63,336 nt of DNA, filler included, from Octopus bimaculoides (GCF_001194135.2; 4 parts of 4 records of this genome joined end to end with filler, not necessarily neighbours in it); one strand, 5' to 3'; shown: positions 39,440 to 53,755, numbered from the whole stretch's first letter. Numbers and translations are program-made. The notes: a model not told the origin generated them from the sequence alone.

Positions 39440-40780
39440 GCAGTTTTAATATGTCACCGGGGTTCTTGACAGCCTATGATACTTTTGTATCATCAGTGTA
39501 GCTGGTGAGAGTGGTTGACTGTGTGGCCGAGGATATGTCTGAGATAGCCACCACAAACAGTAATGGTCCCAGTACAGTTCCTTGAAGAACTTTGCTATGA
39601 ATTGATGTCTCCCCAGAGAGAGGACCATTGGCTGCAACTGTCTGACTTCTGCCGTTTAGAAAGTCATGCAAACACTCTCCCAGTTTTCCAATGATACCAA
39701 GTTCATGTAGTTTGTGATGTATCATCCCATGATCAACTTTGTCAAAGGCCTTGGCAAAGTCAAGATACATCACATCCACATTTGAGTGGTTGAGCTGCTG
39801 TTTCACCACCCACTCATAATGCTGTGGTAGCTGTGTGAGGCAGCTTCTCCTCAGATGGAAGTCATGTTGTTTGTGAGCAAGTTATTTTCTTCCAGGAATG
39901 TGATCAACCTCCTTCTGACAATGTGTTCTATGACCTTGCTAACATGTGAAGTCAGAGAGATAGGCCTGTAATGTTTAGCATCTGCTCTGCTACCTCCTTT
40001 ATGGACTGGGCATATAATACCTTCGTTTAACAGTTTGGGAAGTTTTCTATATGCAAGGAAACTCTGAAAAAGTATCTACAGTAATTTCATGAGAACTTTC
40101 TTGCACAACATTTTAAAGAACAGCTAAAAGTCCATCTGGGCCCATTGCTGAGTTTGAATTCATCTATTCAATGGCTGACATTACAGCTTACCCATGTAGA
40201 TCTGCAGTGTTGAAAAACTCTTCAGGCTTACTTATTTGCATGTTTCCCTGTGGAAATGGGAAGACACTTTGGGATTATTTATTTTGCACTTCATCTACCC
40301 TCCTGGTATCTGTAGTGAATGAGCTGGCTTCTTAAAACAGTGACCCTATCTTGTAGTGCACTGAAGCAGATTCTTTCACAAACATGTAGAAGACTTCTAT
40401 ATTTTCCATTGCCTTTGTTTCTCTTTCTGTCCTTTCCTTTTATTTTCGATCTCTACAAATGCCTCTTTGTGGAGGGATTCAATTTGTCTATTTACTGTCT
40501 ATTTAAGTGACTATCTCAGAGGATCATGTTTTTTTGTATGTAGTCACTCTCTTCTCTGGGACAAATTTAATGCATATGGTTTGAAATAATTGACATAAAT
40601 TCTTTTAGTTTTCATATCAATGTCTTGTATAGAGTGACTTTTAAACCGATTTTTCTGGAGTATCCATTTATCAATTGACTTCCAGTCAGCCTTGTAGATA
40701 TTCAGACTGGATAGGGTTTGGGAGCCTTCTGTGTAGAATACATCATTAATTGGTTTTGAACCATACACACACAGAGTTTA
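39440..40780 (-). mobile_element. CR1-clade LINE RT fragment
   Basis: DVMYLDFAKAFDKVDHG..FLNGRSQTV..VLQGTVLGPLLF..SYTDDTKVS; YRPISLTSHV-like upstream. Confidence 0.9.
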
Positions 40781-40789
40781 AAATTTGAG

Positions 40790-40990
40790 CTCAAGGCCAG
40801 TAATTTTAAGGGGAAGAAGCTAATTGATTATATCAACTCCAGTACTTGCTTAGTACCTTATTTTATCAATCCTAAAAGGATGAACGACAAAGTTGACCTC
40901 AGCGATATTTGAACTCAGAATGTAGAGAACCAGAAGAAATGCTGCCAAATGTTTAATCTGATGCACTAATTATTCTACCAGCTTACTGCC
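40790..40990 (-). mobile_element. SINE family B
   Basis: Matches other copies. Confidence 0.75.
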
Positions 40991-41118
40991 TCTCTCTCTC
41001 TCTCTCTCTCTTATACTATATATATATATATACATATACACACACACACATACATACATACATATACATGTGCATGATGTATACACACATATAGACATAG
41101 GCATACACACACACACGT

Positions 41119-41186
<68 letters not shown>

Positions 41187-42454
41187 ACACTCGTACGTAT
41201 GCGCACACGTTGCTTATGGTGTAAGGGAGAGAATTACGAATTTGTGTGTGAAGTTGTCTCCCTGTTACTCTAATTTAAAAATATCCGCATATTCGTACAT
41301 ACTTACTGTTATCGACTCCCGAAGAAAAAGAGGAGATAATTTCGAGAAATTATGCATTTCCCAAAGTTAACTTACGTACATAAGAGAAGGAATATTTGAG
41401 CTTTGTTTGCACGAAGGGACAACTATATAAGCTTATAGGCAGGTCTCAGTCTATTGCATCTTATCAGCATGGTACAGTGTACTTAAGCCTGCTTATCACA
41501 TGACAAACATTTTTACATTGGAAAAAATATATAACCATTCTAATGAAATGTTAAAAAATTCTAGATCTTGTCAGGTCAGTATGTTTTTCTGGCCTCAGAG
41601 AGAAGATCTGTGTTCAATTATGTATAACTTTCATGAGGTTAAAAAAAAAAAAAAAGAGTTTTTTACTAAGAACACATACTTGTAAATTTATCTTATTCAT
41701 TTATATTTATATAAGGGCATTACTACAGAATAATGCCATTACTACAGAATAATGCCGTTACTACAGAATAATGCCACGCACTAGACTTCCAAAAATAAAC
41801 ACATTTTTACCAAATGTGAGGAAAAGCAACTCTTAAAAAAAACCAACCTTTTTAAAAAAATGAACTCAACTATATATTGAACGATTTCACAATTACTAGA
41901 ATAAAAAAATGAACTCAACTATATATCGAATGATTTCATGATTACTAGAACAAAATCTAGCTTTCGTTCATCAGTATAGTACGGTACAGACATATAAACA
42001 TAAACAAAATCCTCTTTATCTTAGTTATGTTTATCCTAATGTCGTGCAGTATTTCTATTTATTAATTATTCATTGCCAATGCAATATTACACAAAATACA
42101 GCAGACCAATTTAGTTGGTTTACTCACTTGCATCTGAGCTTGTGGGACCTATAAATAGCTATCAGCTACTATTCCCTCTGTGATCAGGATAATGAATAAT
42201 CGATCTTCAATGAAGCAGTAATAAATGCTGAAACTAGTCAGGTCAATCTTCCTGGTGACACCAAGACAAAAAATATTATTTCGTTTAATCACAGTATCTA
42301 GTCTAGATCCTTTCTGTTTGGTTTTCACTTTTTAATTCTTTCAATTCTGTTCCAACTGATTTCAGATTTTGCGCATTGATGTAGTTTTGTATGCTAATTA
42401 TGGAAATGAAACTCATTTTTGGTATAAATTAATAACCAAAAAGTTAATAGCGTG

Positions 42455-42526
42455 TACAGTTTGCAAATTTTGGATAATTTTAACTAATTACAATTAGTTA
42501 AAATTATCCAAAATTTGCAAACTGTA
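42455..42526. repeat. Perfect palindrome, 35-bp arms and 2-nt spacer
   Basis: TACAGTTTGCAAATTTTGGATAATTTTAACTAATT-AC-AATTAGTTAAAATTATCCAAAATTTGCAAACTGTA. Confidence 0.95.
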
Positions 42527-42644
42527 AATGCTGAATCTGATTTTGTTATTCACTTGTTCTAGAAAACTTTTTGAAAAATGTTAACAAAAAATATGTTACT
42601 ATTTGATTAACCCCAGGTTATCCACCGGTTGGACAAATGATAAA

Positions 42645-42810
42645 CACTAACCCCAGACCTCAACCTTAAGCTCTAACTCTAACCTTAGATCTTTAACTCC
42701 AACCTTAACTCTAAGCCTAAACCATAATTCTTACCCTAAACTCCCACAAAAACTCCTACCCTAAACTCCAACTCTGAATCCTAGCTCTAACCCTAATTCT
42801 AACTCCAGCG
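42645..42810. repeat. Degenerate (CCCTAA)n-like telomeric-type hexamer tract
   Basis: CTCTAA/CCTTAA/CCCTAA/CTCCAA units with about 6-nt period. Confidence 0.6.
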
Positions 42811-44132
42811 TATCTCAAACTTGCATTTTTGAAATTCCACTCTTGTTTACATGATCTCAACTACATAGTATAATGTATAGTATGTTCTTTTGTAATTTTT
42901 CAGAAAAAGAAAGATCATTCAGGATTTTTCCTTTTCATATTGGCTGTTCGAACATTTCATGTAACTTTATTCATTTAAATGGACAAAATTTGAAAACCTC
43001 TGACAAGTTTCGTCATTGTAATATTTTTGTTGAACAAAAGTTGTCATGCAGAAAATGCCAGCTTCCAAATCCTGTTTTCTGATTGAGTAAAAGTAATCAA
43101 ACTTTAAGCCTCTGTAACATTTTTCTGAAAATTTTCTGGAACAAGTGAATAGCAACATCAGATCCAGTGTGAAAAATTACATCAATATACCAAATTTGAA
43201 AATCTTCACTTAATTTTAAAATTTTAAAAAGTGAAAGCCAAACAGAAAAGATCTTCTTGGCATCACAGAAAGGCTAAAAACATGTGTGTACTAAAAACAC
43301 ATGCCCGTTTATCATGCCTCTCCCGCATTACATTTAAATATATAGGGGGTGGGAATGAGTGTGTGTGTGTGAGAGAGAGAGTGTTATGTTTGAACAAATA
43401 CAAAACAGCATTTCTTTACGATGTATTAAAGTAGTTTTTCAGTTTCTTGATTTAATTTTTAGTATTCTATTGAAACAAAGAACAATGGTGATGTAGTTGT
43501 TACGTCTGCTGTCAGTATAACAGACCACAGTTGAATGTAATGTTATACTTTGAACATTTTGTTGTGCACAATTGAAACATATTTAGGTTTAACTATAAAC
43601 TATAACAGTAATGGTCACAAACATTGTAATCAGAAAGGTAATGTCACAATCTTGTCTCTTTCAATAGCTCGTTGGACACAAACACTATGGATACAAAAAA
43701 ACACAATCTTGGATCCAACTCTCTTTAACTTTGGGCAATTTGAAATTAAAATCTTCAAACCATTACAAATATTGGGACCCCTAGTCTTTGATTATTTTTA
43801 GTTGTCTCAAATCAAGGGTTGTCAAAAAAAGTCACTGGAATATTTGTCTTAGTCATCAACATTGAAAATACTGAATATACATATGGTGCAGTGATACTAT
43901 GTAAAGTTTTTAATCTCTCCATGTATTATCAATATATGAATGACTTCAATTTTTTTTTATTGCCTTACTTTGCTTAAGAAATTGCATAAAAGTTATTGTT
44001 CCACATATGGCTAATGCCATCATATATAAATTGCATCAATTTGCAACTGAAAAGAACAACAGGTTTACTAATGGAATCCAAACCTCATATCTTATGGAAG
44101 TTATGTTACGATTTATGCTATAGGGTACTTAC

Positions 44133-44199
44133 CATTCTGTCTATTCCAGGTAAGGTGTGATAAAATGTTTCTTCTATTTTCAACTTTGCAATTTCATCT
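44133..44199 (-). CDS. Orphan putative exon (x)DEIAKLKIEETFYHTLPGIDRM; product unknown
   Basis: TTTTCTTTTAG acceptor, GTAAGT donor, 67 nt open in phase 2 to 0; no partner exons or homology confirmed. Confidence 0.35.
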
Positions 44200-44539
44200 C
44201 TAAAAGAAAATTTGTTGGTCACTTGTCTCTAGCGAGAGAAAAATATTCATAACACCCAACACTGTGAAATGTTCTATGTGGGAGGAGAAATAAATCCAAG
44301 AATTAGAATATCAATTAATGACTTACAATAGTTTTATGTAAATGATTTCTGATATTTTAAGCCCCAACATTTAAGCCCTAAGAAAACAACATCTGACTGG
44401 AACCACATTTCCACAGCTTTCCAAAAGCCAGTACCAACATTTAAACCACAGAGCATTTGTACATTATAGTATTCTTAAATTTTAGTATTTAATTCATAAT
44501 TTGATTCATTGGATTATTTCTCATCACGGACATTGACGT

Positions 44540-45150
44540 TGTACTTACAGTGGTCTTATACAGAACTTTTGTTCGGTAATTCTGTCCTATCAATAAATAA
44601 ATACAACAAAGCATATCATTCTGTTGACTGTAGCAAGAACATGGTATGGTTAACAGGTTTGTTAGTTTGCAGTGCTCAACAACTATTGGAGAAGAAATAG
44701 GTTCTATCGTTGCGAGCAAAGAGGCCAGGTCCACTTAGAAATGAACTGAATGGAAGCAAGAGATTCTGCTGATCAGAAGATCCATATACTGCCAACACCC
44801 ACTACAAGGGGGTTCTTAGAATGCCATGGCTAATAATGTGCATTCACTCACTGAAACTGATACATCAACAGACATTCCTCGTCAATGACAGTGAACAAGT
44901 ATGGTTGCCATTTGTATGACACACTTTTTTGTTGTTCATTCCTTTGATTGAGATGCAGTCCTGGGTCCAGTACAGACTGAAGTTCAGCCTTTGGAATCTG
45001 GAATGTTGTCTGGTGTTCAGTGTACTCTATCACCTGAACCACAGGTGGAAAGCTAACTCTTGCTTTTTCCAGAGAGTTAGTGATGGTCTGGGAGCTATTC
45101 AGAGTATCGGTGAAGACAGCCTTAGTAGTTTGCTCTCTACCACTGCTTGA
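44540..45150 (+). mobile_element. Degenerate L1/Tx1-like ORF2 post-RT region
   Basis: LIRRSIYCQHPLQGG / LRMPWLIMCIHSLKLIH..EQVWLPFV across a frameshift (the PxxxGGLGxP motif of L1/Tx1). Confidence 0.55.
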
Positions 45151-45693
45151 CAACCAGTGTTTACATTCCTGTAACTTAGTGATTCAGCAAAAGAGACTGA
45201 TAGAATAAGTACCAGGCTTTATAAAAAGTATTGGGGTCAATAAGTTTGTCTAAAATTCTTCCAGGCAGTACCCCAGTATGGGGTACTGAAACAAGTAAAA
45301 GAGTGGTTGGAAACAAGTATAAGAGTGGTGTTAGGAAGGGCATCGAGATGTAAAATTCCTGCCAAAACAGACACAGTAGCCTAGGGTAGTTTTTCTACCT
45401 GGCCGGCTCCTGTCACCCACCCTACCTATTCATGTATGGAAGATGGAGGTTAAACGATGATGATGATAGTAGAAAATGAAGAAGAGTATATTTTAGATTA
45501 AAAATTAACTCTATTTATCTTAATTTTGAAAAATAAAAAAAGTATTAAAAAATTGCATTATTTATGGGATGACCCAATATATATATATATATANNNNNNN
45601 NNNNNNNNNNNNNNNNNNNNNNNNNNNNNNNNNNNNNTTAATTAATTAANNNNNNNNNNNNNNNNNNNNNNNNNNNNNNNNNNNNNNNNNNNN

Positions 45694-45746
<53 letters not shown>

Positions 45747-45799
45747 GGTGTGTGTGTGTATGTGTGTGTGTGTGCATGTGTGTGTGTGTGTATATAGGT

Positions 45800-45832
<33 letters not shown>

Positions 45833-46528
45833 CTATATGCATGCAATATAGATATTTGTATATGTATGTATATGTGTGTTAGTGTGCGCGCACGTGTGTG
45901 TGTATGTGTGTTTATAAGCTGCAATAAGATGTTCTATCTCAGAACGTTCTACTGAAAAATTCTTCAACTTTACAGACCATGGTACACAACTTCTTCGGTT
46001 TGGCCTGCGGGGATCTCTATTATGCCCACTTTTATTTCTTATTTCAATAAACTGTATTTGGAAATGTCATCATATTTAACGAAGAATCTTTGCAAATGAC
46101 CCTATATTCCATCGCGTCATTAAGGAGACATCTGAGCAAACAAACTTCTTATCCGTTCTGCATGCTATAATTGAAAGGGTAATAAATCAATAAATATATA
46201 GACATGTTGCTGAAGGAAGAGAAATTCAGTTTCATTGACATCTGGAAGAAGAATTTATCTAGCTCTCGTTTGAGCTCTCTTTAATGTCAAAATATAACAG
46301 CGTCTCCAGTGCAACTGTGTAATTCGGTCTGAGATGGTATGCACGCAATGCCGACTTCGACCACAGGATGTATCTCGTGGGTCCTTACAGCTTTCAATTT
46401 CAGAGAAACTGATACAGGCATCCTACCATGTATACATGTGCCAGATGTACAGGAGTAGGATGCCCGCAATGTTCTCCCAACACCTCCAAACGTGTCATTA
46501 GCATCATTGAAGAAACTAAGGGAATAAT

Positions 46529-46747
46529 ATTCTTTTCTACTCTAGGCACAAGGCCCGAAAATTTTGGAGGAGATGGCCTGTCGATTAGATCTAACTGAGC
46601 ACGCAACTGATACTTAATTTATCGACCCTGAACAGACGAAAGGTAAAGTCAACCCCGGAGGATTCTTGAACTCAAACCATAAAGACAGACGAACTACCGT
46701 TAAGCACTTCACCCAGCGTGCTAACGTTTCTGCCAGTTTGCCTCCTT
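46529..46747 (-). mobile_element. SINE family B, near full length
   Basis: Reverse strand has a GGCAGAAACGTTAGC A-box, GAGTTCAAG B-box and Nin-like domain. Confidence 0.85.
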
Positions 46748-46955
46748 AACTTTGAGAATAATATTCTTTCCTATAAAAGGCCCTAAATTTTGGGGGAGGC
46801 GAACAGTCGATTAGATGGATNNNNNNNNNNTATTCTTTCCTATAAAAGGCCCTAAATTTTGGGGGAGGCGAACAGTCGATTAGATGGATCCCAGTACGCA
46901 ACTGGTACTTAACTTAGTTATATACACACATACTCAAACACACACACGCACATGC

Positions 46956-46998
<43 letters not shown>

Positions 46999-49900
46999 CG
47001 TTTCTAAGATAGGATAGATGTAAGATATTATGACTATTAAGAAATATGTCACAAACTGTTTTGGTTTCAAGGTACAGCAGAATTCTTAGTTAAATGTCAT
47101 CGAATGTGAGATATGATATTTCGATCTAATTTCGTCTCTTTAGTGATGCACTCCTCGGATATTCTGAAGTAAGACTAGAAGTATTTATTCCTATATTATC
47201 ATTATGCAAAAGTGATTAGAGCGAAAGCTTGCCAGACTAGAACAGATTCACACTCGAAACACCATTACATTAAAATATCGAAGTGGATATGTCCATATTT
47301 ATTTAGTCAATTGCTGTTTATATCTGTATAAATGCGTGAAACACACGCATTCATATGTCCTTATAAATAAACACTCACAGAGGCAGACATATATACTTAA
47401 ATATATACTCAACACATATATACGCAAATGTACTCATATTTACTGGCTACCGCAACTTGTTAAACATTTAAATAGACAATCTTAATATGTTTGGACGGAG
47501 ATATTTAAAAATGGTGTAAATATATGGAACATCTGAAAGTTGGTGCGATTAAAAGCACATTTTGTTTGATTTTAGTTTTGTATCAGTTAAACGTAGATGC
47601 AATTTACAAAATATAACTGAGGACCTACTGCAAATTTTGAATAATGAATATGATTAATATACACGAATTTTATATTTTGCTTTAATGTTCAATTTTATAC
47701 TTCTTTTAGAATATATATTTCTCAAATATGGTAATTATATATTGCTAATTTCTTTTTTATGTCTTCGTTCGAGAAATTATATCCTTATCTTTTTTTTTCT
47801 TCTCTATGTCCTTGTTCATACTCATCATTGTTTTGTGTTGTTGCTTTTGCTGAGACTGTTTAATATGTATAACGATAAGTGTAACACATTTGTAAATAAC
47901 AGTGCAACAAATATAAAATCACACTTCCCATGTACTTCACTGCTGCTTCCTTCTTTTACTTAATCAGATTCTTCGAATTTCATCAAGTGTCAATTTCAAA
48001 TTACAATGTTTTCATCTTTTAGCAAAGTAGCAGTATTTTGTCCCTGGTGGAAATAGTGATTTAAGATTTTTTTTTAATTTTTTGCTTTATATTAGATCAA
48101 TGCTATTCATTTCTCAAATATATATTTTTTTATTTACATTTATTTAATTCATCGGAATTTTTCATGTTTCTTTTGCTTTATATTGTTAATATTTTTTTAT
48201 GTATGAAGCCATTGTTGTATGGATTAAAAGCCTAAGCTATTTATACGAGATATTTTCTACTCGTTAATATTATTTTTTCTTATTATTTATGTTATTATTG
48301 TTAAGACTTCCCTTGTCATCGCAATAATATTATGATGTTCTTGTTACTACTGTTGTCATGGTTATTTTCTATTTTTGCCGCTATGTATCTTCGTATGAGT
48401 GTGTTTTTGTGTGTGCGTATGTCTCATTGTGTTTTAATGTATATGCACATTTATGTATCTGTTTTGATGTTCTAGTCAGCATTATGAATCTATTATTGTT
48501 CCTCTGTTATGTATTGCTGATGTTTTTTTCTGCGTCTTCTTGTCTATTAAATCGTTTGATGTTTTTAACTGCTATAGTAACCATTATTGTTTAAATTATT
48601 CATGTTTACGTTGCCTTATTTTCGATTTTGCCATCAGTGTTTTTACTATTGTTGTTGCTCTAATTATTGTCCCTGGTTTACTGATGATGTTGTATTTATG
48701 CTAATGCTGTTATATAATACACTCCTTTTCTTCTCAAAACTCTTTTTCTTTTTTGTGCTCTTTTTCTTATTCTACCCCCCTTTTATTGTTTCAATTTTTT
48801 TCTTGCATTTTTACTGATAGCTTTCCTTCAGAGCCGGGGATTTTTATGGACATTGTATACTCCGACCAATATTGTTTCGGTCAACAGTATTAATATTTCA
48901 GCTAATGTTACTTACACGTTTCTAATTCATTGTCGTATTTACTGTTTTCCCCTTAATAGCGCTACTGTCAATGCTTGAGATGCTTATTGTTACGTTCTGA
49001 GTATTAACAGTTGCTGATACACAATTTTTTGGCTTTAACACAAATTTAACAGTGGTGAGCGTATATAGAAATGTTGTTTCTGAATATTAGAGGAAGTAAT
49101 AATTCCGCCGAGGTCGACTTTGCCTTTCATCCTGTCAGGATTGATGAAATAGGAAGCAGTTATGGACTTGGCTCCATGTAATCAACTTACCCGTCCCGAA
49201 ATTTGCTGGAATTGTGCCAAAATTTGAAGCAAATATTAAAGGAGGCCATCATCAGGCGTTTCCTAGCACGTAGGAGGAGAAAGTACGTGAACCTGCTTTA
49301 ATCCCAGAATGAGGAACAAAATCATCCCACATTCTTGAGTAGCGACATGATTAATGCCATTTTGGTTAATGGTAAATCTATGTTCCTATGGAAGGTAAAT
49401 TAAATACCCTTAGCATTCGTGGAAGTTAAGTGCAATTAAATTTACTTGTCTACGTGGCCATATCATAATATTCGATAGAGAATTACAAGCAAATTCGACA
49501 GGAACATAATAAAATTCAAGAAAACATTTTACCAATCAGTCTACAGACGCTAACACTCAGTGTATTTGTAATGATATCTCGCACTTACAAAAGATACGAA
49601 ATTTTGAAGTGGAGTGATGAACTTGAATATTAGTATTTTATACTCAAGTACAAATCTGCTAACACTATTCTACGACCCTCCAAAACTGGGAGCCATTAAT
49701 AAACGTGATGAGATTTGAAAATAGCTGATACAGGTTTATCTTCTTTACTTTTACCTTTAATATCATCTACAAAATAACATATTCGACAGCTTGTTACTAA
49801 TATATTTGTTTCCATACAATACTTCTTAAAATGGAGTAGAGATTGGTATAGGCTGTGACGTATCATATCTATAGCTACAAGAAACCTGAATGTGCTGCGC

Positions 49901-50928
49901 AATAACCTATGACACATTGTCCAATGATACAAGCAGATACATTTCCCTCTTAAATTGAGGTAATAGAGAAATTTGAAATTGTTAAAAACTGCAGTGTTTA
50001 GAACATCAAATTTCTGTGTGAATTTACACGAATGTGGTTCACTTCGAGATTAACCAGGTTTAAGCACATTTTCTTTGTTTCCTTGCATCCTTTTTAACTT
50101 TCTGGATGAACTATTCACAACCTTTTGCAGGCTTACCTATGCAAGCTTGAAGTTTGTTTCAAACGCTTATTAACTGGAATGTGATCTGCGTGAGCCAATA
50201 TTCAAGTGAATACTTGTAGTCACCGAGACTTAGATAGAATTCTAACCCGGCACACAAACAACCGAAACAGTTACACAAAAAATCCTGTCTGTCATACTAA
50301 CCATTCTACTAACCCACCGCTCTAGAATGCTGAAAAGTAATGTTATCGTGATGTGAACCCAAAGTACTATGAAGCCTGAAAGAATAATAAAATTATGCCA
50401 CAATATTGTCTCCTCATTGTTAATTCACTGCCAGTTCGGTTCATTATGCAGAGATCTATTATTTAGTTAATTCTCCTATTAAGCAATGTATCTTGATATC
50501 CATCAGTAGTTTAAGCGTGTATTGAAATATTGTATGCGATAGCATTAGTTAGATGAGTAGCATTACGATGGAGTGTAATTTAGTGCCAGGATAAAGTCAA
50601 TATATTTCATAGAATGATTAGAGGTTAAATCAAGATTATAGTCAGTGAGTTACTATAGTATTCAAATATAACCATATTGAATGTCCTAAATATATATTCA
50701 TGTGAGTATTTTTTTTTTAAGGATAAGGAAGCAAAACGTAGCATTAATGTTTTGTGGGAAAACTTGACACACAACATTGTGATCTAAACGATACATTTCC
50801 TTTTGCTTCTAATGCAACTGTTGTTACTACTTCTGCCTTGGCTGCCGCCACCGCTACCGCCGCCGCCACTGATATCACCACCACCACAACCACCACCACC
50901 ACCACCACTACTACTGCTGATGCTGCAG

Positions 50929-51005
<77 letters not shown>

Positions 51006-52014
51006 AATTGTGCTTTTGCCTACATCTTGGTATATTAACATTAGTTTCTAGCCTGTCTGAGTAGCATCTAGACAAGCGATATCTGATAAAGCTCCGTGTT
51101 GACCAAATACTTTTAAATGGATTTTGATGGTGGAAACTGAGTGAAGCCTGTCCTGTGTATACATACTTACATATATACACACACACACAAGCACGCACAT
51201 GCACACACACATATATGAACATGGGTGAGTGTATGTGTGTGTATATAATATATATACACTTTCACACTTTTACTTGTTTCAGTCTTTGACTGTGGCCATA
51301 CTGGAGCACCACCTATTAGTCGAGCAAATCGACCCCAAGACATATTCTTTGGAAGCTTAGTACTTTTATATATATGAATGAGAAAAAGAAGAAAATGGAG
51401 AAATTGATGTACAGACATCAGTATATTCAAAGACATTCAAATAAACATAACATGAAATTCTTACAGACTTTTCAATGTCAATAAATTTAATCAGAGAAAT
51501 TAAATAAAATTCAGATAATTTAAAATGTCCATATTGAAACATGTTAATTCGGCATTTCATAAGAAGTAAATTTTCAGAAAGGTGTTACATTCCAACGTGT
51601 TGGTTCACTCTTCACAGACACAGAAGCGTGCGTTTTGGGAACGTATATATTTAAAAAGAAATCATTATTAGTATATATATATATATGCATACTTATAAAC
51701 AAATATGTATGATATACTCGTGTGCGTACTTTGTTATACATAATAGTTGTTATTATTGGTGGTGTAGCAGTGAGGGAGACAAAGTATTTTATATATATAT
51801 ATATATATAATGGATACTAAAACGAATGGTTTACACCTGGTAGCTTACTGGTAAATCACGGTCACTATCACAGTGATCTTTATGTATATGGCAAGTGAAT
51901 GACGGAAGATGGAATACACGTAGTTGCAAGTGTGTTAGTTAAAATATAGAAGCCAACAGACTAATTTGACGTATCAAATTATCGATTCTTCTATCTTCCG
52001 TCGTTCATTTGCCA

Positions 52015-52056
<42 letters not shown>

Positions 52057-52734
52057 GATAGAGAGAGAGGGGGGAGAGAGGGGGAGAGAAAGTGAGAAAG
52101 AGATTAAAGGAGAGAGAGATAGAGATAGGTTGCGACAGTGGGAGAGAGAGAGCCCGGTACCCTTGACCATGTGATTACAAGCAAGTTTGTTAAAATATGG
52201 AAGTCAGCAAAACAATTTGACCTATCATATACTGCTAATTATTTAACTTATCATAGTATCGCGTCATCCATATTTGTACGCAATGATTATGGTCATTACA
52301 ACTATGTAAACAAAGGAAAACTTAAACGTTACCAAATATTATTGATAAAATCATTTTTATATATAAAAAAAATCTAAAATGACTAAATCTACAATCACTA
52401 CAAATCAATACGTTTATCTCTAACTTAGTTTAATAAATTATATCATAAAATATCGACTACATATTCAAGAGAAACGTGCTTAATTGAATTTATAGCAAAC
52501 GACAAGATACCGTCACCTGTGAAGGAAACATAATCCTTACCATTTAATATTTTTCTATCAATATATATACTAAACATATATATACGCAGATGTATGTGTC
52601 CCTCTGTGTTTACACCCTACACAACTTGACAACTGATATTTTTTCTTTCACATCCGCCGTTAGCTAGGGGTTCCACTAAAAGGCTTATACAAAAAGTATT
52701 AGTTTAAATAAAGTTGATTTTGGTTTCGAATTTT

Positions 52735-53105
52735 CCTCAGGTAAAGTAGCCCATCTCACTCAAACGGTCCTTGAATAAGAGTTGTTTAAGGATTTTGAAC
52801 GAAACACCCATGTTTCCAGGGATGAATTATCCAAACCCCAAAGAATTCCTCTCAACACGTGGCTTTGATGCTCCCCCACTACTTCAGTTCATGATCAGAG
52901 ATGCACATATCGTCAGCCACTAAAGGACATGCTCAACTGGTTGAGGTCATACCACTGAGAAGCAAATCTGGGATATTGAGCAGAATATTTGCTGTAGCCC
53001 ATCTTTTATACCAAGACAAAACAGTGTACATGATGACACTTCCAATCAGTTTAGATTAGAAGCCATGAAATCCACTGCCTAGTACTGCAACAAGGCATTC
53101 ATTCA
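52735..53105 (-). mobile_element. Second copy of the (TAA)n-associated repeat
   Basis: Aligns to 14600-14970. Confidence 0.75.
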
Positions 53106-53106
53106 T

Positions 53107-53154
<48 letters not shown>

Positions 53155-53157
53155 CAC

Positions 53158-53201
<44 letters not shown>

Positions 53202-53202
<1 letters not shown>

Positions 53203-53755
53203 CTCTTTATCATAGGTTTTGTTGGAGATCCAGGAGTCTTCAAAGCGTTGCGGGCTTGCTACCTGCAACCTACGGTACTATGCAATTCCTTCTTTTTTTA
53301 TCTAGCTAATACTTTCCTCATTATTCTGGACGTGCCAGGGAGGCAAACCTTTTGCAACAGTTCTACTGGACACTCTATTCCTTTATATTCCTTTATATTC
53401 CTCTTGAAGCCTTCTGATTCTGTTCCAAAAAAACGCAACAGTAATTGGCACTATCTTCACCTTCTTCATTTTCCATAGTCGGGCTATTTCTTAGTTACGA
53501 GTTTTGTATTTATTTTCGCTTTCCTTCTTGACTATTCTTGCGTCATAGGAGCATGCAACGTCAGCTATGTAGCATATGGGGTGCACCTTATCCGCCACCA
53601 CCATGTCCTGTCTGTTATGTTCTAGAGCATTCGTTCGTGGCATGGACAATGGTTTCATCCACTGTTTTGCAGTTGCGGCACAGCGGAGACACTTACTCAT
53701 TGCTGAAGTTCACCGTCCAGTTCGTGGCGAAAGCTTGCAGTAGAGTGCTCCCGAC
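53202..53755 (-). mobile_element. 3' fragment of a third REL (R4/Dong-like) LINE family
   Basis: HNRQDMVVADK..CYIADVACSYDARIVKKESE; ends in (AAT)n at 53158-53201. Confidence 0.7.

Noticed and set aside
41424-41450. TATATAA followed by a TCAGT initiator-like motif
   Set aside because: Spacing is short and no downstream gene was found.
46761-46890. Exact roughly 59-bp direct repeat either side of a 10-N gap (similar case at 19800-19990)
   Set aside because: Most likely unmerged contig overlap.
50754-51051. Poly-T/A/S/L ORFs (also 54217-54455 and 9870-10142)
   Set aside because: Mosaic trinucleotide repeats with no splice or domain support.
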